Translations under genes and position numbers: made by a program
The notes under the pieces: generated by a model
Told to the model about the DNA's origin: nothing
Seen by the model: only the letters and a program-made list of their open reading frames with translations
The model's database searches: none
NCBI GenBank assembly: GCA_043228905.1
Contig: JBHGNT010000006.1
Span: forward strand, 19,778,001 to 19,842,000
Direction of reading: 5' to 3'
Length of the DNA stretch: 64,000 nucleotides
Source: Azolla caroliniana
Lineage: Eukaryota; Plantae; Polypodiophyta
In this document: one piece after another, positions 24,290 through 36,500 of the stretch
How positions within the stretch are numbered: position 1 is the first letter of the stretch
Layout: every line of letters begins with the position of its first letter

Positions 24290-27200
24290 TCATGCCCGTA
24301 ACATACTCCCCCTCTTTAAAACATTGCACTCTTGCAATGGAAAGTTAGGGAAGTTAGTTCTAAGAGTATTTTCGCGTTCCCATGTGGCATCTTTTATTGA
24401 TTTATCCATCCATTTTATTTTAAATTCTCGGATTTCTTTAGTACGTAATTTTTTTGTTTTAATATCGAGAATTCTTTCTGGTACATGTGGTTTAGAAGAT
24501 AATTCTTCAAAAGTAACCAGAGTTTCAGTTGTAACTGTATTGTCGCTAGAACCTAGAAGTTCTTTTAGACGACTCACATGAAAGACTAGATGAATTCCGA
24601 CACCATCGGGAAGAGCGAGACGATAGGCTGATGACCCAATGCGTTTGAGGACTGTAAAAGGTCCACAAAACCGTGGGGCTAACTTAGCGCACTTACCCGT
24701 AGACAATGTCTTAGAATTGTGAGGTACACGTAAAAATACCTTCTGTCCAGGGTTGAATACACGAGGTTGCCTATGATGATCGGCATAAAAACGCGCTCTA
24801 TCTTGAGTTGTTTTTATATTACCTCGTGCAATATGCAACATATCTTGCATATCCCGAAGAAAGTTTTGCGTACTTCGCAACTCATCATGATGTATATTAA
24901 CATCAATCGGGGCTCGTGGCTGAAAACCATACATCAACATAAAAGGACTATATCCCGTCGACGTATGCTTGGAGCGGTTATAAGCAAACTCCAAAATTGG
25001 GAGATAACGTTCCCATTTTGTTGGTTTTGCACCAACGTATGCTCGAAGCATGTCCTCAATAATTTGATTTACTCGTTCTGTCTGTCCATCGGATTGAGGA
25101 TGATCCGTGGAGCTCATGCTCAACGTAGTTTCTAACTTCTTAAAGACTTGCGTCCAGAAGTCACTAGTAAACTTTGGATCTCGATCACTCATGATATCCA
25201 TCGGTAACCCATAAAAACGAAACAATTCGTCAACGAATTGGTAAGCCAATTCAGGAGCTGTTACCGTGGTTTTAGTAGCAATAAATCTGGCCATTTTAGT
25301 TAGTCGATCAACGACAACCCAGATGGCATCATGACCTTTTTGGGTGCGAGGAAGGCTAACAATAAAATCCATGGATATACTTTCCCACTTATTATTGGGA
25401 ATGTCCAAGGGATGTAAAAGTCCTGCGGCTTTAAGTCGCTCGGCTTTGTTAACCTGACACTGGTGACATTTAGTCACATAGCTATGTATGTAAGGACGCA
25501 TCTTAGGCCAATAAAATTGAGTGGAGATGAGAACGAGTGTACGATGTATTCCAGGGTGCCCTGCTGAGGGTGCATCATGGCATTCAAAAAGAATCCTCTT
25601 TTTTACCTCGGGTAAATCTGGAACACAAACCTTCCCATTACGGTAGAGCAAATCGTTAGCAATGTGGAAGTATTCCTTCGAGGATGTGGTGGTGTCTATT
25701 CCAGACTCAACTCTTGCCCAGTATTTTGCGAAATAACTGTCATCAGGATACTTTCCTCGAAGGTGATCATAAAGATCTGATGATATTGCAGTGAAGCTAA
25801 GCATGTTAACTTCACGGATGCGACTTAGTGCATCAGCGACAGTGTTCATGGAACCTTTACGATATCGTATGGAAAAATCAAAGTCTTGGATGAGATCAGC
25901 CCATCGTGCCTTACGACCTTTCAGGTCTTGTTGGTCACAAAAATATTTCAAGGACTCGTGGTCCGTAGTTACCACAAAGTGATTTCCATAAAGATAATGG
26001 CGCCATGTTTTCAGTGCATGTATAACTGCAAATAATTCCTTTTCTTGAACGGTATACCGACATTGAGCAGAATCAAGTTTCTTACTCTCGAATGCTATTG
26101 GTTTACCATCTTGATACAAGACAGCACCTATAGCATAATCGCTTGCATCGGTTTCAACCTCAAAAGGTTTTGAAGGATCAGGTAAAAGAAGTGAAGGAGC
26201 CTTGCAAACCAGGTCCTTGAGTTCCTTAAAGGCAAGGTCTAGTGTAGCATTCCACACAATAGGTTTTGTAGACTTACGCGTTTGACCTTTTAAAAGATCA
26301 GTAAATGGCGTCGTCAATTGGGAGTAATTACGAAGAGACTTTCGCAAAAACCCCACAAAACCAAGGAATGATCGAACTTCTCGAATATTCCGAAGAGTGG
26401 GCCAAAGCTTGATTTTCTCAATGCGAGAAGGATCAATTTCAACTCCTCGTTCGGTTATGAGATGACCTAGATAAGTAATTGATTTCTTGAAGAACTCACA
26501 TTTTGAGATCTTTGCATAAAACTGTTTGTCACGCAATGTTTGTAAAACAAAGCGGATATGTCTAGCATGTTCTGGTAATGTACGGCTATAAACTAAAATA
26601 TCATCCAAGAAAATAACGACAAATTTTCCAAGTTGTTCTCGGAAAATGTCATTCATTTCTTGTTGAAAAGTAGCCGGAGCATTGGTCAAACCAAAAGGCA
26701 TAACCAAAAACTCATAATGGCCATAGCGGAAAATAACGACAAATTTTCCAAGTTGTTCTCGGAAAATGTCATTCATTTCTTGTTGAAAAGTAGCCGGAGC
26801 ATTGGTCAAACCAAAAGGCATAACCAAAAACTCGTAATGGCCATAGCGCGTACGAAATGCCGTTTTAGGAACATCGTCCTCACTTATTCGTATTTGATGG
26901 TAGCCAGTATGGAGATCAAGTTTCGTAAAATACCTAGCTCCCTGGAGACGGTCAATTAGATCGTCAGCCCAGGGCAATGGATACGAATTCTTGATCGTCA
27001 CTTTATTCAAGCGTCGGTAATTAATACACATACGCCATGTGCCCTCTTTCTTTTTAACCAAGAGAACTGGTGCACCCCATGGAGATTTACTATAACGTAT
27101 ATAACCCATTCGTAAATAGTCCTTGAGTTGCTTAGATACCTCATCTTCTTCGGATCGACTTAAGCGATACGGAGGTATACTTATTGGTGCAACACCAGGT

Positions 27201-27886
27201 ACAATATCTATGCGATGGTCTATATTACGTTTAGGAGGTAACCCATCAGGTAGTTCACTTGGAAAAACATCATGAAAATCATTTAAGATTTCATCAAGTT
27301 GTTATTGTTCAAAATATGTTAATTGAATCGGGACATTATCGATATTGTAAACGTGAATGTCCGGATCAAGTACACAATAAAATAACTTAGAACAAGACAA
27401 TTCGGATATTGATGGACACGAGGAAACAATCGAGAGGGATTGTTTTTTTACATATTGAATAAAATGCGTACAATCGTTCAGTACAAAAGAAATGGAATGA
27501 TGAACCCAATTAATAAATAAAGAAGAGTTTTTATTATAAAACCAGGGATATCCCAGTATTACATCGGTGGTACAAAGATTCATTACATGGAAGTCTACTT
27601 CCTCTATATAAGTATCAATAGAAATTCCTAATGAGTGAATCGCCCCGTTGATGTATTGTACTCTTCCATCAGCCAAGTGCACCGTGTAGGTGTGATCACT
27701 TACGGTGGGTTGGATTCCCCATATCTGAACCAAACGATCATTCACAAAATTGTGTGAGCTTCCCGAATCAAATAAAAATTGTACGGGAGATCCATTGATA
27801 TACCCGTTTGCACGTAGTAAATCATTGGGACCCAATACATAGTGAGGGAAAGAACATTGACAATTACTTAAATGATGTGTATAGAC
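24290..27886 (-). CDS. pol: Pol (protease, RT, RNase H, integrase, chromodomain), in frame with gag; one premature stop at 27302
   Basis: [43 protein letters not shown], and C-terminal chromodomain ERILD..KIKW..DATWE. Confidence 0.92.
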
Positions 27887-28840
27887 CTAAAGGACATTAG
27901 GAATCTGACCTTTATGGTCTGCAGCTTTAGCTTTGTTGTCGTGCTCTTTCCGTTGGAGCTTTCGACATTGATCTTTTGTATGACCCTTCTTTTTGCAGAA
28001 TACACAAAAAGGATGTTGTCGCTTACAATCGCGATCCAGGAATTCGTTGGGTGTCTTGCGTTTCCCAACAAATTGTGACTGCTTAGTCCCGGGCGCTTCA
28101 TTGGGTTTGTTATGGTCCTTCGAAGTGCGTTGATAGCGAAGAACTATTTCAACGGCCTCTTCGAAGGATTTTGGATCCTTATCGTGCACTATCCAGTGAT
28201 AGTCCGAATTGGGGATGCCATTGACAAAACAAGCTATCAACCAATTGTCCCCTTCTAGACCCGATTTTTGGATTTGGGTTCTAGCATGGTGAACATAGTC
28301 TTCTAGCGAGGAAAATTTCCTGCTAGAGAGGTTCATTAAAGCTTGTGTTGCCTCGGTTTGAGAGGGAGGTTGCAGAAATTGGCCCTTAAAAACCGTGACA
28401 AAATCTGTCCAGGTATCGGGCAATTTCCCCATAGTACGGAGGCCACGCCACCAGGCGGCGGCCTTACCCCCGAGTTCTCGGCCGACATATGCAATCTTCG
28501 TACTATCTGGCGTGGGATAGAGCTCAAAATGAGACTCCCATCGTCCCAGCCATGTGCAGATTGCTTCTTCGGTTCTTTCCTTTTTGTCTCCGGTAAATGG
28601 CTTAACGACAAATGATGGTTCACCTTGTCGCTCATCAGGTCTATTAGTCTCACGTTGTAGACTAATGACACGTGCCTCAAGAGCACTCTGAGATTGCCGA
28701 AGTTCGGTCATCTGTTGAGCGGTGAAACTAAGGTATTGGGTTATTTGTGCCAAATACATCTCAGTGGACATTTGTCTAGGAGGATTCCCTTGAGTTCCTT
28801 CCGCTTGAGCGGATGACATCGGGCCGTTAATTTGAGCCAT
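27887..28840 (-). CDS. gag: Gag with CCHC zinc knuckle
   Basis: 317-aa ORF containing CVFCKKKGHTKDQC. Confidence 0.9.
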   Translation of the reverse strand: MAQINGPMSSAQAEGTQGNPPRQMSTEMYLAQITQYLSFTAQQMTELRQSQSALEARVISLQRETNRPDERQGEPSFVVKPFTGDKKERTEEAICTWLGRWESHFELYPTPDSTKIAYVGRELGGKAAAWWRGLRTMGKLPDTWTDFVTVFKGQFLQPPSQTEATQALMNLSSRKFSSLEDYVHHARTQIQKSGLEGDNWLIACFVNGIPNSDYHWIVHDKDPKSFEEAVEIVLRYQRTSKDHNKPNEAPGTKQSQFVGKRKTPNEFLDRDCKRQHPFCVFCKKKGHTKDQCRKLQRKEHDNKAKAADHKGQIPNVL

Positions 28841-31019
28841 TAAAGATTATTTCTGGAAAAGAAATAGGACAAGGTCAGAGATATAGTCATAACATCATGT
28901 CGTGATGTAAACATATCATGGGCGAGCATTAATCGATATCATTATCTCACGTCAATACCCCTCTAGACGTATGAGATGAGGTTCAAGATCAGGTTACTAT
29001 GGTAACACAAAGGTGTTTTAAAAACCATGGGGGTGACAAATAAATGTCTTTCCCTTATCTTTATATCGATTTTTTTATGGTGGCTCCCCGAGGCTCAACC
29101 ATGTATGTTCGCGTCATGAATTGTTTATACACGAAAAAAATGTTAATAATAAACTATGTTTCGGTGCCCACATATGTGGTTTTGGCTCTTTAAGTCCTAT
29201 TACGAGGACCCCGAGGTGCACTTAGACCTTAAGTCTAAACATGTGTTATAGTCATATGCATCAAGGATGGTGTATGGTCTTGGTCATATTTGAACTCGAG
29301 ACCTCGAGAACAAATACATTAAACACTTGAGCCAACCAAGTAAGTTGCTCTTCTCGAATGCTTGATGTTTGATGCGTATAAGAGATATGCGAGATCATAT
29401 ATGTTTTTTTTCAAAGAACATATATGTCAAGGGTCCTTATTTCGCCCTCATTTACCAAAACTATGTTGGTACGTTACCTATCCTCAAGTCTCGTAATTAC
29501 GATGGCATATGCCAAAGTGCAACCTAATGGTGAAGCCAAATGAGCCCTTGTTTTGTAGTAGGCTCACGTGGGCCATCACATGGTCACGTCATTACGAATG
29601 CCTCTCGTAAGAACGAGCTCATGGTGGCATCGTATCCATGTAACGAGGGGGGGATGTTGGATACGTGCGTCATTGGAGCGACCTCACTTGAAGTGGGTCA
29701 AGCCCTACGTACTCAACATCATTATGGCTATTGGCGTTTCTTTACGTAACGAAATCGAGGTCATCAACGGGGTTATCAACAATAAAAAATTGTTGAAAAA
29801 GGGATAGTGACAACGCCATTCTCACAAAAATGTGAGGACGGCCACCAACATCCTTTTCCCGACCATGACAACTTTCGACATAATCACGTAATAACGAATA
29901 TACACATATGTTTACTTTTCACATATATACGATCAAATACATATATATGTGACCACATATGCCTATATTAAACATATCGTTATATTAAATAGCCACAAAT
30001 GATGTGATCGAGATACGTAATCGAGGTATATACCTCTACGCACACGAAACATCCACAAATAAGAGATCATCGTAATACGCAATTGAGGTATTGACCTCTT
30101 ACGCATACGAGACCAACCGCATATCGTTTACAACAAATCAAGGTATTAAACTAATACGCAAACGTAACATATGTTCGTGAAAGTAATACGTAATTGAGGT
30201 ATTAACCTCGTACGCATACGACACTCATCACATATTATTAATATGTCAAACGAGGTATTGACCTCGTGCACATATGTAAACGTTTTAGATAATCAATTAA
30301 AGACCACTACAACATCATTGACTTAATGAAAAAAATTACATATAAACTAAACACATGATTAGATGGGAGAAGAGAGAATAGAAAGAAAAATTATGGAAAG
30401 AGTTACCGAAGTTCTTTGTTGATCGTTGTCTGGATCAAGGCCAACTGCACAACGATCGATCAGCATCAATCAAAAGACAAATGAAAAACAAAGAAACATT
30501 AGTACAAAAATCTGATACCAAATATTATAGATCTAGGTACTAAAGTAAGCTTAAGATAAGGATAAAGAAATGAAAGATAGAAAGGAGAAAGAGAAAGAAG
30601 GGTGCTGATCCACCCGACCACCCCCGAGCGAAGGGATCGAGACGGACTCGAGCCTCGATCGGCGTCCCATACCACCGCCGTGGCGTTGAGTCGTACCTGG
30701 TGCTAGAGCGCTCGCTACAAGAGTTGACCCACCACACGAGCAGAGTCTCGATGTAGTCAAAAGATGATCCAATGAGGGTAGCTAGGCCTCTTATTTATAG
30801 CGATACCCAAGGCCCCCAGGCAAGTTCACACTTGACCTAATGGGTTGTGTCAATCCCGAGGATTAAAAGTAATCCTCCCCTTCTTTACACTCTCGTTTAA
30901 CCCTCACACTTATCCACGTGTATAGAATACTACGGTAAATTCTTACCACGGGATATTATATGGTCATGCCCGTAACATTGGTCATGCCCGTAACATCACC
31001 GATGGTCTAGCTCTAGTTT

Positions 31020-31190
31020 CACAAGCACTTGTGTATCTTTGCAACACTGCTTTGCTCAACTGTCGGGACAAGATCAAAGATTGGTGGAGGTGAACAAGGT
31101 GTTAATGTTCTTGAAATCTTCTAATTGTGATGAAAGCATGAAACTTGGTATTCAACTAGAGTATAATGGCAAACCTAATGGGATAACCAA
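31020..31190 (+). mobile_element. Old gag remnant related to the gag at 3894-4457
   Basis: FAQLSGQDQRLVEVNKVLMFLK resembles FVRLSVLDQTVLDTSRVLLFVK. Confidence 0.5.
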
Positions 31191-31191
31191 G

Positions 31192-31691
31192 TGTTACGTG
31201 CATAACCATAGCCGATCATGACATAGGTTTTTCGTAGTTTTTCCTAATTTCATGATGAGTATGCATGGCTTAATTATGAAAGGAACGAGGGTATGAATTG
31301 TAATATTCAATTTTATGGTGTGGGATAACTATTAAATGTATTATCACATGACCACATCAAATAAAGCAGTCTTGTGTGAACACATTAAGGCCTAGGGTTT
31401 CTACATATATAAGGAGGCTAGCTACCTTCTTATCAAGGGAGGTTTGACTTATTTTGAGACTATGATAGTGTGGCTATGGCTTTTGTTAGCTAAGCATGTG
31501 TATTCCTTAGAGAACCCAAGGTACGATTCGCATCAACCCTTGATGGTATGCGATATCGAGGAGGTATGGGTCCATCCCATGTTGCTACGAGGTGGTCGGG
31601 TGGTTTGACAACCCTCTTTCGTTTCTTTGGTATATAATTCCTTATGTTTTGCTTAATTAATTAGTTAGACTCTAAAAGTTGGTATCAGATC
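31192..31691 (+). mobile_element. Degenerate Gypsy 5' LTR plus iMet PBS, related to the 23849-30995 family
   Basis: Begins TGTTACGTGCATAACCATA (compare TGTTACGGGCATGACCATA). TGGTATCAGAT at about 31680. Confidence 0.68.
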
Positions 31692-32188
31692 ATACTAAAT
31701 TTTTTTCATATTTTCATTTGTTTTTTATGTGATTTTTGGAGCATCAAATGAGGCATTACCGCTTGATCCGGGAATGAGTGGAGCATGAACTTCAGTATTT
31801 ATGCAAAAAAAACTCTCTCTCTTCTTTCTTACCATATATTCTCTTGATATCTACTCAATATCAATTCATAGTTCATGAGTAGAACTATCATGATATGGCA
31901 TATGGCCTCCAATAGGAATTGAACCCGTGTACCTTATGGTATAGTGGTTCAACTACTATTTGAGGTCATATCATGACAAGAACTATTTGGTATTTAGAAT
32001 GCACAATGAGATAGGGAGATACTACCTATATGGAAATCAATTTCAAGTAACTACGGACCGATAGTCCTTGAAATATTACAAGACCAATGGAACCTCATGG
32101 GTTATATGGCACAATAGACGGAGCTCATTAAGGACTTTGATCTTCCATTAAATAGTTTTAATTAATTATTTGTCAATGTTTTAAGTCA

Positions 32189-32628
32189 CTCGTGATGTGT
32201 TGGTGTAATGGTAATGGGGGGACACTCCAACCGCTAGGTTGGAGGTTCGAGTCTCCCCGCACCAACATACATGTGGTACCTAAAAAAGGGCGGTTTGTGC
32301 CCGTAAGTGGCGACGACGCAGATGGTGACAGTGAAGGGCCATACGGTTATGCTCGTAAGTGGCGACGATGCAGATGGTGACGGTGAAGGGCGGTGGTAAA
32401 ATGTAGCCTGTCTACAAGTTGCATGATGGAACGTGGTGAGAGTCTCATCATATCTCCTAGAGGTCATCCTGTGCATGTATCTCACTCGTACCATTCGGTA
32501 GGAATGGTACACCCCCTGATGGATTATGTACTGCTAATAAAACATGACTTCGTGTGAGTTGTAGCCTTCGGGTGAGCCAAAGATAAAAAAATACTGAAGT
32601 AGTATCTCTAAATGGAAAAAGAAATAAA
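32189..32628 (+). mobile_element. tRNA-derived SINE
   Basis: A box TGGTGTAATGG, B box GGTTCGAGTC, internal direct repeat of about 42 bp, A-rich tail. TSD of about 14 bp AATGTTTTAAGTYA (32175-32188 / 32629-32642). Confidence 0.75.
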
Positions 32629-32851
32629 AATGTTTTAAGTTATCTTCATGAGGTTAACTTTTTTTTTCCAAAACAAAATATCCTTCCATTAGTTTTCAAA
32701 AAAACCTATCAAGTACAAACTACAAAAGAGATGGAAAAGGAAGAGGAAAAAGGACTATCCCAATAACTGGCCATGGAGGTATGACTACCCAGGTTTTAAT
32801 ATCCTTCTATTCTCTTCAATCCCAAGTTGCTTTTATTTCAAGCTACCATTT

Positions 32852-33300
32852 CTATATCATCATCCAGTAACATTTCATAGTTGAAAAGTATATTAACCTT
32901 GGTACTAACGGCAAATCCACCAAGTTTACACTCATCATATCGAATGCAATGCAAGCATGGCTTGTATAGTTGTCATTGAAAATAGAAATGTTTGGGTTAC
33001 ATTGTCTGAAATGTGCAAGAATGACTCGATACACTCTAGAAGATTTTGCAACTTGTAGTGCTTCTTTTGTTGTACTATGATTATTCATGATCGCTCCACC
33101 ATGTATGCTATCATCAAAAGTTGCGTCATATATTAAAACCGTAGGTCCAATCGAAGCTTCAACCATTGCTTCACAATGTCTTGTATCTCCTGAGTAAACA
33201 AGCTTCCAACCTGGTTCTACATTCCCTCCATTCTCTTGAAACTACCTCGTATGCATGAAGACAATGAACCACTTGTATGCTCACACAACTTCAGAGACCC
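32852..33300 (-). pseudogene. tRNase Z (long form, ELAC2/TRZ-like) C-terminal fragment, intronless
   Basis: VVHCLHAY, GWKLVYSGDTR, VLIYDATF (HEATF), NHSTTKEA, ILAHFRQ (LTHFSQRY) and IAFDMMSVNL motifs. Catalytic residues are eroded. Confidence 0.85.
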
Positions 33301-33541
33301 ATAATTCATGAGGTTAACTTTATTAACAATTCGATCATTGTGATCACCTTCGAGGAAAGTACCCTGATGACAGTTTCTTTTAAAAGCAAATCATGGGCAA
33401 GAATTGAATCTATTATGGATGCTATTAAACACTACGTCGTTGAAGGGAACCCTCCACATTGATAATGGTCTACTCAATCGTATTGGCAAGAGTCCAAGAT
33501 TGTTGAGAGTTGAAGGATCAGTAGCGTCGAACGTTCCTTCT

Positions 33542-36500
33542 GGTCATAGACAAGATGCCACATAGAATGGTGGGGGTTGAACCCATAACCTTCTGGTCTT
33601 ATTGGGCAACCTTACCAATTGAGTTATATCCATCTATACATTATTGTATTGTGTAACACTCAACTTATTTCATTATAAATTGATCACTAGAACTTTCAAG
33701 AACCTTGTAGAGAATGCTTCTTCATGCACTCTCTAGAAGTCTTCTAACTTTCATGCATATCTCCACATTCTTGTATAAATATTGGGGTGCACCTTGATTA
33801 CAATCAAGGTGAACAACACCAATTATGAAAGCATATACAGTTCTTGTTTGTCTATCCTCTCTCTTGCTTGTTCTCTTGTCTATGCTCTCTCTCTCTCGCT
33901 ATCTCTTAATATTGAGCCTCGTCTACTTGTCCTTGACAATCTTGTGATCTTGCTTATGCTCTCGCTCTCTCTTAGTACTTAGCCTCATTCCACCTATTCG
34001 TGACAGTTTGTTCACCTTCCCATTTTCTAAGCTTCAACATGTCGGATCTTACCAAGAGAATAAATCACCTCATGGAAGCCATGCATCAACTTCAACTTGA
34101 GAATGACAAACTTCGGGAATCGTTACGGAAGCTTCAAGTTGGAACACCGATGGAACTCGAAGAAAAAAACAACTCTCCTCCTACATCAACAAATGTTCTA
34201 CCTATAGAGCTTGGTTCCTCGTCTATGCTTTCTCCGACTACTTCCCATCCCACTACAAGTTTGGAGCCCAATATTAGTTTACCTGACAAGTTCGATGGCA
34301 CAAGGAAGCACTTCCGAGGGTTCATAAATCAGATCAAGCTTATTATCCAACTACAGCCTCAACGGTATGCGGATGATTTTCGTCAAGTTGGTCTCATCGG
34401 GACCCTTCTGTCCGAAGATGCACAAGCTTGGTTTGCACCGTTGGTCGAAACTTCATCACCACTTCTACAAAATTTTCCTACCTTTCTGGCAGAGTTTGAG
34501 GCAACATTTGGGGATACGGACCGACGTTGAACTGCCATCACCAAACTCTATTCATTACATCAAGGTATGCATCCAGTATCCGTTTATGCCTCTAAATTTA
34601 GATAATTAGCATGTGATGTTCAGTGGGATGACCAAGCTCTTTGCGACCATTTTCGTTGGGGCCTTTGAAGTGAGATTAAAAATTTACTACTCAACTTTCC
34701 GGAGCCTACGTCATTGTCGCAAGCCATCACGCAAGCAGTTAGTTGTGACAATCGGTTGTTTGAGCTTCGTCAAGAGGAACGAGCAACTTCAAGGTGGAAA
34801 CCCTCTTCGAGATCTTCTCCATTGTCATCGTACGATGACCCCATGCCGATGGAAATTGATCGAGCTCGCGCCCCACCACTCACCGAGGGTGAATGGAGGT
34901 ATCGCCGAACCAACAAACTATGTTTATATTGTGGTGCATCCACCCATCTCATTCGTTTTTGCCCAATCAAGAATAATCAACAACAAATATCCACAAACAA
35001 TACAACAAGACGGCCCCAACAACGGGAAAACGACGGTGTCCAAGTATAGTAGGAGCCATGTGGTTGGACAATCTGCATTTGTGTCGCTCCCATAGTTCGG
35101 CTACATCGACAAAAGATTTCTCCTTTCCGGTAAGCATCCATTTCAAGTCTATTTCAATTAGATCCTTAACACTTCTAGATTCCAGGGCAACAACATGTTT
35201 TATGGACGAAAGGTTCGTTCATAAACACAAATTCCCAGTTGTCCAATTGTCCAAGCCAATCCTAGTGGAAGCTATCGATGGACGCATGCTTTCTTCGGGA
35301 GCAATCACCGAAGCCACTGTCCCACTTATCTTATAGCTCAGGAACCACCAGGAGGCCTTAACATTTTATGTTATCACTTCACCGCGACATCCAGTCATCC
35401 TCAATTTGTCTTGGTTGAAGGCACAGAATCCACTTGTTGATTGGCGCAATCACTCGATTATTTTCTCCCAAACCAACTCGGAGGTGCAAGCAATATCTCA
35501 TGTTGTTGCAGGTGCTCACCCTCCTATTAATGCAGGAATCAGCTCCAAGGCGGATGCTCACATCCCAGTCCCAACAAGGAAAATAGTGCATAGTGCCTCG
35601 TCGAGCAATCCAATGAGGACAGCTACTGACTCACTAGCGTCCAAGTATGAAGACTTCAATAACGTATTTGAGAAAAAGAATGTTGATCACGTGCTTGAGC
35701 ATCGACGCTACGATTGTCCGATCGATCTGCAAGAAGGTGCTAGTCCTCCCTTTGGCCCAATTTATGGGATGTCGGAACCAGAACTCCAGGCACTCCAAAC
35801 GTATCTCGATGAGAACCTTGAAAAGGGTTTTATTCAACCCTCAAAATCACCAGCAGGAGCTCCTATTTTGTTCGCAAAAAAGAAAGATGGATCCTTACGC
35901 CTTTGCGTCGACTATCGGGATCTAAACAAGATTATTGTTCGCAACCGCTACCCACTACCTCTCATCCCAGAGTTGTTGGATCGACTCTGGATTGGGAAGA
36001 TCTTCTCCAAGCTTGACCTACTGGGAGCATTACAATTTAGTATGGATCAAACGTGGAGATGAATGGAAAACCACCTTTAGAACGCGCTACGGACATTTCG
36101 AGTATAAGGTAATGCTTTTCAGCCTCACTAATGTTCCTGGAGTATTTCAGCATATGATGAATGACATATTCCGAGAATATATCTAGATCACTTTGTTGTG
36201 ATCTATCTAGATGATATCTTGGTCTTCTCTTCGAACATCAAGGAGCATACTCGACATGTCAGGTTAGTCCTCGCCAAACTTCACGAGCACGGACTCTATG
36301 CTAAAAGTGAAAAATGTGAATTTGATCGTACTTCTGTAGAGTTTCTTGGGTATGTCATTTCGACACAGGGAATCACAATGGACACACGGAAAGTCAAGAA
36401 TATCCAAGAGTGGGTTGTCCTAACTCGAGTACGAGATGTGCAATCATTCCTTGGTTTTGCCAATTTTTATCGTCGCTTCATCAAAGGATTCTCAATGATC

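Larger units (their letters stand above)
23849..30995 (-). mobile_element. Full-length Ty3/Gypsy chromovirus, relatively young
   Basis: LTRs 23849-24303 and 30523-30977 (455 bp, about 8 differences by eye). TSD TCACC (23844-23848 / 30996-31000). iMet PBS TGGTATCAGA (30511-30520). PPT AAAGAGGGGGAG. Confidence 0.96.

Noticed and set aside
27887-27889. Programmed stop-codon readthrough between gag and pol
   Set aside because: The in-frame TAG could simply be CAG>TAG decay, like the TAA at 27302. It cannot be decided without sibling copies.
30013-30276. CRISPR array
   Set aside because: The repeats are imperfect, there are no cas genes, and the array lies inside a eukaryotic retrotransposon leader. 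Kept as a stem-loop repeat finding.
9141-33631. Functional tRNA genes at the A/B-box sites
   Set aside because: I could not fold complete cloverleaves, and all sites lie inside LTRs or a SINE.
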